Below, one piece after another: positions 37,194-49,400 of a stretch of DNA of 64,000 nucleotides. The stretch's first letter is position 1; each line of letters begins with the position of its first letter. The stretch is taken from contig CM119269.1 of assembly GCA_051294375.1 (NCBI GenBank), forward strand, positions 17,927,026 through 17,991,025. Direction: 5' to 3'. The notes under the pieces were generated by a model. That model saw only the letters and a program-made list of their open reading frames with translations. It did no database searches and had not been told where the DNA came from. This DNA is from Paraspadella gotoi. Taxonomy: Eukaryota > Animalia > Chaetognatha. The position numbers were made by a program, and so were the translations under genes.

Positions 37194-38870
37194 CACGTGC
37201 ATCGACGTCGTCCCATTCACGCCCGCGCACGTGACTTTGAAAACCGGGCCCCGGGACAACAAATGGACAAACTCGAGACAAAAAGTCACAAAATGGACGC
37301 GAAACAAAAAAAGTCAAAGCGTGAAAAGTGGAAAATGGAAAAAATGAGAAGAAAATCTGTCGCTCGAAATCGTCAGACCGTGGGAAGGAAAGAAAAAGAT
37401 AAAAAAAAGAAAGAAAGAAAGAAAAAGAAAAGATGAGGAGGAATAAAAAGGAGGCAGTTTGAAAAGAAGAGAAGTTGAGGTTTTTATTTGAACAAGTGGG
37501 AGGTTAACATGAATGTAAAAAACTACTATGTAAATTGTACAAAATCAAAATCGCCAAAACTACAGCTTGATTGATTTATTTTGAATATTATGTATGTTCA
37601 ATTTGTTCATATTTAAAGAAATACATTTCCTCAAATTGAAATAAACAAAACCGGTCTACCGTCTGGCGTTGATGTAAAAAAGTAAAAACCAGGCTCATTA
37701 ACGGCGGCAGATGGCGCGCGAGAGAAAGAGGAAGGTCGGCGGCGTCGCCCGACGTTCGTGGCGCCGTTCGGACACGTGAAGCGACGCCGCTCGAGGTCAC
37801 GTGACTCGAAAACGGGCGTCGATGGAATCGGCTCTGGGTTATGGGCTGAAAAGGGGGGGAGTGACGAATCGAATATGAGGATGTAGGGGGAAACAATTAT
37901 TGGAACAATGAAAGGCGAAAAGTCGGAAGAGGAAGAGGAATTAAAGGGGGAGGAGAAGGAGGAGGAGGAGGAAGAAAAAAAAGAACAAAAGAAACGAACT
38001 TTTAAACGATTATATGCGGAGGAGAAAAAACGGAGAATTCGGTTAGGATTGGCTGAATATTCCAAAATAACACTGTTATCATTGTTTCTTTGATTAATAT
38101 TGAAACAAACGTAATTAGGAATTTTTGAGATAAGTTTCTGAACTTCCTTTACTAAAGTGTTGAAGCCAACTGACATTTAGGGGGAGAAGAGGCAGGAGCT
38201 TAATTTATTAAGAGATTGCTTGTTCAATAATGCTAAAGTTAGAATAGAGAATACTAGATTCCTATTTCTTTATGAACATACATCAATCTGTAGCAATGTA
38301 TTCCATCCACCCGTTAATATTAATATAGGTCAACAAAAAGACATCGACAGATGCGGCGGCGTCCGAAATCATTTCGATCCCAGATCAACGTCAAACAAAA
38401 TCGCATCCGAACGACGTTCGATCGTCGCCGAACGTCGCCGCTTAACGGCTTCGCCCCCTTTTCTCTCTTTCCGGTTCGCCGCCTCCGTCGAAGGCCCCTT
38501 TCGACCTCCCCCCCCTCTCAAGGGCCTCATACTACGCCCCCTTTAGTTCTTCCATCTTCCTTGTACCATCCAGCCCTTCTTCATCCCCCTACCCCCTCCT
38601 CTCTCTCTTCCCCTCTACTCTTTTTTGCACGTGCCCCATTTATTTCGTCAAAATGAATTTAAAATGTCAAAATCGGAAAAAATTCGCGCCAGAAATACTT
38701 TTTTTCATTCGCTCTGCCGACGACGACGACGACGACGACCACCACGACCACGCACGTGTTGATCCCTATCGCAATCCTCCGATCCCATTTACGTAACGAT
38801 TTTCTGAATGCTTCTTTTTTGACGAAACTTTTTGATATTTCCGTTTAAAGAACCGAATCAAAGTCACGTG
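37194..38870. promoter_or_regulatory. CACGTG E-box cluster in CpG-rich non-coding islands
   Basis: CACGTG at 37194, 37228, 37773, 37798, 38628, 38753 and 38865. Confidence 0.4.
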
Positions 38871-40656
38871 TCCCGGGCGTCGTTCGCAGCGACGTCTCCG
38901 TCGATACTCATTGTTTTTTTTTTCGATTTGACTTTGACATCAGCATCTACGCCATCTGGTCCTAAATGACGCCTGGCCAACTCTGGTCTCGACCCGGGTC
39001 ATCAGCCTGCTCGCCGACGCCAGATTTTATTATTTGACGCTGTACTGATAGTTTTCTATGGGGTGAATAGAATCGGCTATCGGTACGTGTCAAGTCACAA
39101 TACTAAAGCATTTTTTTTTTTTACTTTTTATTGTTAACCAATCATATCAAAGATTGAATAGGACTTCCCATTTACGTCTCATTTTGTCTTCTTCTTGATT
39201 CCCAATGTCTTTTTTTCTCTTCCTCGTGTCTTTTCCGATATTCGGAGCTTTGGAAAAAAACGTGCCTCTGGGCAAAGTTTTGTTTGACGCAAATCAATCG
39301 ATGAGTCACGGCTTTTTTTGCGATCTCTCTTCTCTCTCTCTCTCTCTCTTCTCTCTTCGCTCTCTCTTTTCTCTCTCTCTTAGTCGGTGTTATCTTTGCG
39401 CTTTCTGCACTCTCTCTCTTTTGAATCTCTCACTTTTCTTCTGTTATCTTTGCGTTTGTGTCTGAGAGCCCTCTCTCTCTTTCTCTCGCTCGTTCTTTCC
39501 CCATCTCTCTCTGCCCGTCATTTCCTTGCCCGTCAGTCGTGTCGCGAGCCCAGCGGGCGTTCAGTCTCGACCATTTTTATCCTCTTCCTGTTTGTTCACT
39601 ACCTTGTAGACTTTTAGTTAAACTTGTCAAATTTTTGGATTGTAGTTTTTCGAGTAAGAATCTTAGAAGCCATTATCGATGTCTAGCTTCAGATACTCTG
39701 AGATGATGTTGCTGTAGCATTGGCAGACTTATTTTTTTCTCTCAAAGATAAATTAATCTAAAATTTTTTTTTCATTGAGAAATTGAAAAAATTATATCTA
39801 GGTGAAAATTTGAGAGGAGATTATTTTTTTGCGGATGTTAAAATCAGCGGATTACATTACAATTTCACTGAGCGTACGCGAAAGGGGAATATTTTAGAAC
39901 CAGAAGCGGGGGGAAAAAGATTGAAAGACAGAGAGAAATTAAAAATTGTCTTATTAACAAATTTGGAAAAAAATAATTACGGCTTACGTAATATTTTTTG
40001 AATTTGCAATCTATGGACATCCAATGGACATTGTACATTGGACACAATGGACATTAGAATGTGAATATAAGGCAACATCGTACATAAAAAGAAAGACAGA
40101 ATGTCAGAAAGAAGAGATAAAAAAAATAACAATTGATCAATTTAAGAGAAAGAGAAACCAATAAGGGAAAAAGTACTAATAAGCAAAAGACACACAAAAG
40201 GAAAAAGAAACATGAAAGGCAGCTGGTTCTTTGTTTAACGTTTCCACCGATGCACCTCCGATGCGTCTTCTCTCTCTCTTTCTCTCTCTCTCTCTATATA
40301 CTCCCTGTCTTTCTCTCACTGCGCTCAGCCGCGCATGATCCGCAAATATCAACAAGAAAACGTTTTGTATAAATGTTTGAATGAATGAAAACTCACGAAC
40401 TAACAGAGAAAGGTTGGCTGTCAACATCCGTAACAAAAGTATATAAATGTGGCAAGACATTTAGCTTCAAATGGTCGGTTTGAAGATATTCCATCGGTGT
40501 GCCAAGAGTGAAATTTGGATAGTATTGTAGATTGGGCATTTTATATCTTTATTCCGGTTGGTTTTAATTTTCTCTACAACTTGAATCTCATTGTGTTTTG
40601 AACCTTTCTTTTTCGTTGTTATCAGGATATTTAGTGAAAAGTTTTGAAGTAGATTT

Positions 40657-40823
40657 CACAACGAATTTATTAGTAATAAACAGACATGTTTCGGCTTTAG
40701 TTAGAGAGAGAGAGAAACTTTTGCCCTCTCTCTCATTCTCTATATATATATTTTGTTTATCAAAATGAAGGCTTGCAAACTAAAGCCGAAACATGTCCGT
40801 TTATTACTAATAAATTCGTTGTG
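40657..40823. repeat. Inverted repeat containing the 3' half of a minimal hammerhead motif (Penelope pLTR-like)
   Basis: Arms 40657-40702 / 40778-40823; TGAAGGCT..AGCCGAAACATGTC followed by AATAAA. Confidence 0.6.
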
Positions 40824-41278
40824 CATACCTAGCCGCTGCCGAACGCTTTATTCTCTGATCCTCTTTCCATTTTTCCGATCGCGCGTGTCGCGCGAGGGTA
40901 GTCGCTCTCGACGCGCGCTCTTAAACGCTCGTCGGAACGCGACTTACTCGACTTACCTATGCCCCCGTTGCTTTCGTCGCTGGTCGTCGCTCGAATGGAT
41001 TTCATGTATGATAGATTTTATTTATATAAGGTTTTTGCCAGACCTGAATCCGATCTCGCTCTTTAATGTTCTAAGCACATTGTTTTCACATCTTTTCATT
41101 ATATCCAATATTTTTCATCTTCATTTCTTTGTTTGATTATTGCTTTCTCATTTTAATAAAGTATATATCCGAAGAAAAAAAAAATCCTATATATTTCTGA
41201 TATGACCGATTGATATGACAACGGAAATTCTCGCCGCTGACATTCAATTATTGCCCCGTGATTATCTTCATCTCTCAG

Positions 41279-42522
41279 GCCTCGATCCCTACAACGGCCT
41301 CGATGCCAATCCATCGCCCTCGACTACCGCTGCCGTCGCTTCAGAGAGTGCGCCTCCGAAGTCGGCCCGCTACCATCGGTCTCCATACGAAGGGCTGGAC
41401 ATCAAAGGAACCCGCTCCGGCTGGCGGGACTCATTGTACCGCACTTCAAGTGGACTACGCGCAAAGAGACGTCCACTAACTAGAGTGCGTATCGTGATTA
41501 TTGGGACATAAACAGTTTAATTTGGAATAGTTGCAAGTCTTGTGTATTAGAATGTATTTTTTTATAAATAGTTATACACTAGTAAATCTGAATCTAATTA
41601 TCTATTTCTATCACCTATAATCCTTCAGAGCCTACCGAAAAATGCAACAAACGGCCTCTCCACCGCCATGGGCCGACGCCGCGGCCCGCTACACGGCGCC
41701 GGCCTTACGGCTCAGACTGCGTCCATCCTTACTTCCCAGCCCGCCGTGCCTTATCCGAGACAGCAGCCGCCCCGAACCGACAGCAGCCGGACCGGATTCC
41801 TTCGACTTCACTTAAGGCCCAAAGCCAACGCAACCTCTAGCGAGCGATGGCGCAGGGCGACGAGGCGGCCTACTGTCCCCTGCCGGAACTAACTTGCAGG
41901 ACATCGACCCGGCGTCGCCTATGAGGGAGGGCACCGCCGTGATAGGAATCTCTTGGCGCGGGGAACCCTCGCATCGGCGAACGCATAGCCTCCACAAGTT
42001 GCCCTCCGGACACCAGAGTTGACCTAAGGCGAAGGTGTGCGCCGCGCAATCACATCCCCGGCGCCAAACACCGCTCCCCACCTCGTCCCCAAATATGTCG
42101 GCGTGTACGTCGAAGCAAATTCCTCCGGCCGTCTACAAAATTCTCGGGTTCTAATCGCACGCAAATTCATCCTTCCGCACATACACCCGTTGACCCGAAA
42201 CGCAAATAAATACCGGCAAAGTCCCGCAGCAAAAACAGCACGCCGCCAGAGTCCCAGCCAAACCTCTGGAAACTTCACCGCAGGTACGCCACCCGCCCTC
42301 AGCCCTCTGCACGCAACAGCCACACGCCGCCCCTCGCCAACGCGCACCCATTCACGCCCACCACGCATACACTTGAAACTCATTAATCGGGCGCAAATAT
42401 CCTAAGAGTAATCCGGCGCACAAACGGAAAACGCTCGCAGGCGGCCGGGTCAAGAATGCCAAATCGTCGTCGATCAAAGCCAGTATACGTTCCTTGGGGA
42501 GACGGGAAGTTGGACCTATTGA
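41279..42522 (+). pseudogene. Hey: Indel-riddled inverted copy of the Hey 3' exons (probable assembly artefact)
   Basis: About 40826-43100 is the reverse complement of about 43250-45286 with scattered indels; contains a degraded Orange exon and a TATACGTTCCTTGG (YRPW-like) tail. Confidence 0.75.
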
Positions 42523-43660
42523 GAAGTGGGGGACGAATTAGGACATAGTGAGATTCTTAGATTCATCTCTCTTCCTGCACTAAAAAAATCTACTCATCTC
42601 AATCTTACCTTCAAATCTCTCTACTCTATTCTCTTCTTCTCTCTCTCTCCTCTCTCTAATTTTACACTGATCCCCATCCCTTGCTTCCGATTTCAAAAGA
42701 AATCTCGTCATTGTAATAACTATACTCAAAAAAAAAAATCCAACATTTTATAACATAAAATAAAAATAATTGTGCAAAAAATAGAAATTTAATCTATGGT
42801 CGCAACGAAACGACTAGAAAAAGCCTTCAACCAAAAAGTGCTTTTATTTTCTCAATAGGAAAAAAGTAAGTGTACGTTTACGGATTTTTTTTTTCATTGA
42901 TTAAAATATTATTTTTCCGTATTAGTAATCTCTATTTATAAGACTCCCAATATTTGAGGGGGAGGGTTCAATAACGATCTCTTTGATATCGGTCCTCGCT
43001 GGAAAGTAGTTCGATTTGAATATCGTGTCTAGAACTCAATGATTCCATATTTTCAAATTTCGAAATAAATTTTTTTTTTCTTGTACATCTTTAATTTTTT
43101 TCCCCTTGTTTTTCCAGGAATACTGAGTTTGAATAATTTAGTAGTTTAATCGAGATCTTCAGACTTGTACGAATAGTTTATATGAAGATTCAAGTTTAGT
43201 GAAAAGTTTTTGGCAGTAGATTTCNNNNNNNNNNNNNNNNNNNNNNNNNAAAAAATTAAAGATGTACAAGAAAAAAATTTTATTTCGAAATTTGAAAATA
43301 TGGAATCATTGAGTCTAAGACACAGATATTCAAATGACTACTTTCCAGCGAGGACGATATCAAAGAGATCGTTATTGAACCTCCCCTCAAATATTGGGAG
43401 TCTATAAATAGAGAATCTAATACGAAAAAATAATATTTTAATCAATGAAAAAAAAAAATCCGTAAACGACATTACTCCATGAGAAAAAAGCACTTTTTGG
43501 TTGAAGGCTTCTAGTCGTCGTGGCTACAGATAATTTATTTTTGCACATTATTTTTATTGGTAACACAAATGTGGTTTTTTTTGAGTAAATTAATAGAAAT
43601 GACGAGATTCTTTGAAATCGGAGCAGGGATGGGGATGCAGAATGAGAGCAGAAGAGAGAG

Positions 43661-43718
<58 letters not shown>

Positions 43719-43754
43719 CGCACGGGAAAAACCACTCAGCAATCGTCCCACCCT

Positions 43755-44814
43755 TCAATAAGGCAACTCCGCCCCCGAAGGACGATACGCGCGCTTGACG
43801 ACGACGATGGCATCTGACCCGGCGCGGCCCCGCGTTCCGTTTGGCGCCGGATACCAGGAAATATGCGCCGAAGTGAGTTCAGTGCAGACGGGTGGGCTGT
43901 GATGGGGCGGGCGAGGGCGGCGGGGCGTGGTGAGGGGCGAGGGCGGTGGCGTACTTGACGTGTGAGAGATCGCCGAGCGTTAGGCGAGGACGATGGCGGC
44001 GTTGGCGGGGACTTGCGGATGCGTCTGGGTCAACGGTGAGGCGGAGGAGATTTGCGGCGAAGAACCCGGATGTGAGACGCCGGAGGAATTGCTCGACGAC
44101 GCCGACATATTGGACGAGGTGGGAGCGGGTGGCGCCGGGGAGTGAGCGGCGCCACCACCGCTAGGCAACATGGTGCCGGAGGGAACTGTGGAGGATGCGG
44201 CGCCGAGCGAGGTTCCGGCTCCGAGAGATCCATAGGCGGCGCTCATAGGCGACGCCGTCGAATGCTGCAAGTAGTCGGCAGGGGAGTAGGCCGTCGTCGC
44301 CGCCGCCATCGCCGCTGAGAGGGCGTGGCTTTGGCCGTAGTGAAGCGAGGAACCGGCGGCTGCGGCGGCGGCTGCTGCCGGATGGACGGCGGGCTGGGAG
44401 AAGGAGGACGCAGTCGAGCCGAAGGCGGCGCCGGTAGCGGCCGCGGCCGCGCCCATGGCGGTAGAGAGGCGTTGTTGCATTTCGGAGGCTCTGAAGGGAT
44501 TAAGGGATAGAAATAGATAAATTAGATTCAGATTTACTAGTGTAAACTATATAAAAAAAAAATTCTAACAGACAGACTTGCACTATGCAAATTAAACTGT
44601 TTAGCCAAAAACGATACGCACCTAGTAGTGGCGTCCTTTTGCGCGGAGTACCACTGAAGGTGCGACATGAGCCGCAGCCGGAGCGGGTCTTGGATGTCCA
44701 GCCCTTCGGAGGAGACGAGGTAGCGGGCGACTTCGGAGGCGCACTCTCTGAAGCCGACGCAGCGGTAGTCGAGGGCGATGGATTGAGCATCGAGGCCGTT
44801 GTAGGGATCGAGGC
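43755..44814 (-). CDS. Hey: Hey (hairy/E(spl)-related with YRPW motif): Orange-domain exon and last exon; bHLH exons not cleanly readable
   Basis: Exon 44622-44814 encodes GLDPYNGLDAQSIALDYRCVGFRECASEVARYLVSSEGLDIQDPLRLRLMSHLQWYSAQK (Hey-type Orange domain). Last exon 43755-44490 is Ala/Ser-rich and ends ..YRP(S/W)GAEL(P/A)Y* when both copies are compared; sequence errors below about 44000. Confidence 0.9.
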
Positions 44815-46499
44815 CTGGAGAAGATGAGGATAATCACGGGGTCAATATAATTGTGAATGTAAGCGGCGTGAANNNNNNNNNNAATTTCGTTGTCATATCA
44901 ATCGGTCATATCAGAAATATATAGGATTTTTTTTTCTTCGGATATATACTTTAATTAAAATGAGAAAGCAATAATCAAACAAAGAAATGAAGATGAAAAA
45001 TATTGGATATAATGAAAAGATGTGAAAACAAATGTGCTTAGAACATTAAAGAGCGAGATCGGATCAGTCTGGCAAAAACCTTATATAAATAAAATCCTAA
45101 TCATACATGAAATCCATTCGAAGCGAACGACCAGCGACGAAAGCAACGGGGGCATAGGTAAGTCGAGGTAAGTCGCGTTCCGACGAGCGTTTAAGCGCGC
45201 GTCGAGAGCGACTTACCCTCGCGCGACACGCGGCGATCGGAAAATGGAAAGAGGATCAGAGAATAAAGCGTTCGGCAGCGGCTAGGTCATTGCATCGCGG
45301 CGACGATCCGACAGGATTACATCTTCGTTTCCGTATTGGGACCCCTACTGTTTTAAGGATTTTATCCCCAGTTTGATCGATTCTATCCCCAGTTTTTCGA
45401 TCCCCGATTTACTCTCGCGATTTCCCGTCACCGACTCAGCGGGGACGACTCCTCGACTCGGCGGGACGGCGGGACGGAACGAGAGGCCGGAGGGAAAACG
45501 GCGACAGACTTGGGGAAGGGAAGACCGGGCGGGGAAGGCGTATTGGCGCCGCGGGGGAGGGGCGTCGTGACGCCGCGGGGGGCGCCGCGAGATGGAGTAG
45601 GTTGGTTTTAGAAAAGGTAAACAGTAGAACTTNNNNNNNNNNTCAAAGAAATGGTAAGATGTGGCTAAACGTAAAATGAGAGGAAAAACCAGAGTCATAA
45701 AAATTTAAAAATTTACGTTGTACAAGCAAAGAGATTGAGTTCAAAATGGATTTCAAGAAAATTGGACGGAAGATGGAAAGAGAAATGGATTGACGACGAC
45801 AAAGCAACGAAATAGAGCGAGAAAAAAAAATCGGGAAAAACTTCGTGGGAAAAATTGAAAAAAAAGCAGCGAAAGGAAAACAAAAGAATAAAAAATGGAA
45901 AAAAACGAAAGCGGAAAATAGAAAATAGAAATTCGGGAAAACAACTAAAAGTACGACGTCCGCCGAACCGAAAATAAGGCGAGGTCTCTCTCTATGTGTG
46001 TGTCTTTCATTTTTTCCCGCCTTTACCAATGTCACTGGTTACGGACGTTGCGCATTCGTCAAACCTTTTTTTTCTGACGTCTTGGATCAAAAGTAAATTT
46101 AGATATCGAAAACTCGTTTGAAGTTTTTCTTGATCGATAGCGACATCCGTCAAAATGAAAACAAACAAAAACACATCTCCTCGAAAAGAAAACAAAGAAA
46201 AAATGTTCACTGGAACAAAAGGGGAGACTTAAAAGTAAACAAGTTGAAATTTCCTCCACGCTCTTTCATAATCGGGAGAGAAAACTTGAGTGAGGTTTGC
46301 TCATCGAGAATCAAAAAAAAATCTGGAAAAAACAAACACGGGGAAAAATTTTCAATCGAGAAAAAGCATCATCAAAAAACCCTAAAACTCTTTCATCAAA
46401 ACTTTTTGACGGGCGAGGAAAAGTCGCGGAAATCGCTCCGCAAACTTTTTTTTCGCGGAGTTGGCGGTAACCATGGAAACTGTTAGAAGTGGGGAGGAA

Positions 46500-49400
46500 G
46501 TGGGGAGAGAGAGGAGGATTTGTGGGTGCCGACTCTCTCTCTCTCTCTATACCGATCTTACGTATGCCTTTTTCAGTCTGTCGGTCTTCATACGTTTTCG
46601 TTGTCCGTTCTTACCTGCTCGTCGTCTTCGCCTCATTGTTTATCTTTGTCGTTTTCAGTTTTTCGTCTGCTTTCATCGTTTTTCGTTGTCGTTTATTACG
46701 TATAATTCAAATTTAATAGGCAATCTTGCCGTCTTCAGTTCTACAACCAAAAATTTTATTTCAAAGAAACGTTATTCAAACACAGTTCTCCCCGCTTTGA
46801 ATCAAGCCTTACATCAGCCGCTCAAATAATTATTGTAGAATTTTCTGTTCAGACAGTTTTGTGCCTGTGAAAGAAGCCGAGCAGCCCAGAGAGAGAGACG
46901 AGGGCCCAAAGCTTTCCCACACTAGAGTTTGCAGAAATGCCAAATAGGGCCCATTCACAGTTGCCGTGCATGGCAAACCAAAATTGCCTCTAATACACAT
47001 ACAACGATAAAGAAAGCGCATTTACATATACACCACTATTGTCAATAAATTTTATAATAAACAACCATCATATAGACAGTGTTCTATGAGTACTCGTCTT
47101 TGCTCCGCTCCATCTCTCACCATCGTCGCTCTTCGTTGTTTCGGCTTCATCTTTTATTCCGTCGCACTTACGCACGTACGTTTTCGTCTTCTTTGTCTCT
47201 TTTCCGTCATCCTCACGGATTTTCGTCTTACCCTAACTCTTTTATTCTATCGTCGTTTATCCATCTAACTTTTATTTATCGCTCCAATTCGCACGTATTT
47301 TTTGTCATTGCTTTGCCTCCGAGTTTCGTCATCAAATCACACCCAATAATAAAATGTCAATTATTAACTTATTAATCCTGTTACTAAATCCCGCCCTAGC
47401 CTTCGTCTAAGATTGTAAACTCTCTCTATCCTCCGCAGTCTTTCTTTCATTCCCTCCTCCTCCCTCTCTCTTTTTGCCCTAGCCCCGCTATTCTTTTGCT
47501 TGTCTTTTCTTCGCTCATATTTTTGTCGTATGATCTTCGCCCTTCGTTCTATCGTCAGGTCGTTTTCTCCTTCCGTTTTTGTACGTCTTCTATCGCTCGC
47601 TTACGTTCGTCGCCTCTTGCTGTCGGTTTTCGCTCATCGTCCTATTCGTTGTACGACCTTTCTCGTCGTCGCTTCTTTAGCTTAAGTCCGCTCTCTCTTC
47701 GCTAGCAACGTTTTTCGCCCCGACTCGTTGTTGTTTTGTGTCATCGCTTATTTGTTGTCGTTCGCTCTTGATGCTTTTTGTCTTGCTCGTCTTCGCCACA
47801 GCTTCAGCCTTTCTCGTCGGTTTTTAACTTGTTGCTCATACTTCTGTCGTTGTCGTCTTCATCGCTGCTTGTCATTCATCTTCTTCGGCCTTCGCTTTCT
47901 CATCCATTGCTGCTTGCCTTGTTCGCCTTGTTTCGTCTTTGCCTTATCATTTACATCGACAGTTTCGTCGTTTGCCCTTTTTGTTTTTCAGTTATCCTAT
48001 ATTTATTACGCTCCTTCGCCGTTCGTTTTCGCCATCCTACTATCTCCTATTCGCACCGTTATTTGTACTTTTTCGTCCCTTTTTCGTTACAATCGCTTCC
48101 TGCTTCATTCGTTTAATTAAGGTCGCGATTTTTCCAAAATTATATTTTTTAGCATGCTAAAGTTTGAGCAATACAAAAAAAAACTTTCCATCACACCATC
48201 TCTTACGCCTAAAGAATCAAAATCGAAACCTTGTCTGAAACGATTTGCCCCCTCCTTAAACGAATTTTTAACACACACCAAAACTAGGCGACCGCCTGAC
48301 AACATCGAATTCTTTTGACCACTTTCCCCCTCTGCCCCCGACTAGCACAAGAATGAATTTACATTATTCGCGAACTCGGTGGCCCGAGCCCATATGACTA
48401 TGCCCGTCACCAAACGTTAATGATATCCTAGCCCTTTTCCACCCACCCCTGACCCCCTCGCATCACTCCGCCCGCGGCCTCCCTAATGCGCCACGCCATG
48501 CCGCGACACCGACGCCTCCTTAACTCAATCTGGCGCGTCAACAATTGCACAAGAGTCGCAAGTCTTTAGCTCTGTCGTCGTCGTCACGTCGCCTCGTCTC
48601 GTCCTTCTTACATAACCTTTACCTTACTTGCCTACTCTCCTCCGGCTATAGCACCGTGCTGGACGGCCGACTGATCCGCCCACGACTCGATTAGCCGATC
48701 CGCGAATCCGGCTAAATCCGAAAATGCTGGACAGCCGACCAGCCGCTGAGCAGAGAGAGAGCACCGCCCAGCATGAAGCGCGAAATTCTACACATTTTTC
48801 GCCTCAGTTTTATTCTACTCCTCCTTTTCCTCTTTGTCTATCTGACGCACGATGAGCAGCAGCATGAGCATGAGGCACGCCGACGCTGCCAGAAGAGCAC
48901 GCCAGAAGATGAGCAGAGCCAGCGAGCAGTCGAGCCCAGAAGCACGACGCAGAGAGATGAGAACTGCAGCCAGCAGAAAGAGAGCAGAGCACAGAATTAG
49001 CTGAGTCAGGCAATTAATATCAACACCATCTATTTCTCCTCTCTCTTAGCCTACGACTGGCCGCCTCCGAGCCCACGGTCGCTCACCGGCTAGCCGCCGC
49101 CCGCCCCCGCGTGCGCCGCCATCTGTTTTTTTTTTTTCTTTTTTTATTTTGTTGCAGCAACAGCTGAGCCCCCCCGGCGACAGCAGCCACGTATTCAGTT
49201 TCAGAGAGCCGCCCTGGCACTGCGTGCTATTACGACCCGTACGCGCACCCGGTATACCGACCTACGCTATCGGCGTCCTATCGCTCGGCTAGATCAATAC
49301 AGCCCGCAGTTATTGCCCAGACTTTTAATGTCTCTCAATGTTTTGCGGAGTGTTAAGATCTCAAAAAGAATAGACAAAAAAAGAAAAAAAAAGCCAGAAT

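Noticed and set aside
45844-45851. Su(H)/RBPJ site CGTGGGAA near Hey
   Set aside because: Single 8-mer also seen elsewhere in the window; no paired site or other support.
46830-46900. Hey bHLH helix-2 exon (TGTKLSEQKILQ resembling GSAKLEKAEILQ)
   Set aside because: Similarity too weak in low-quality sequence to call.
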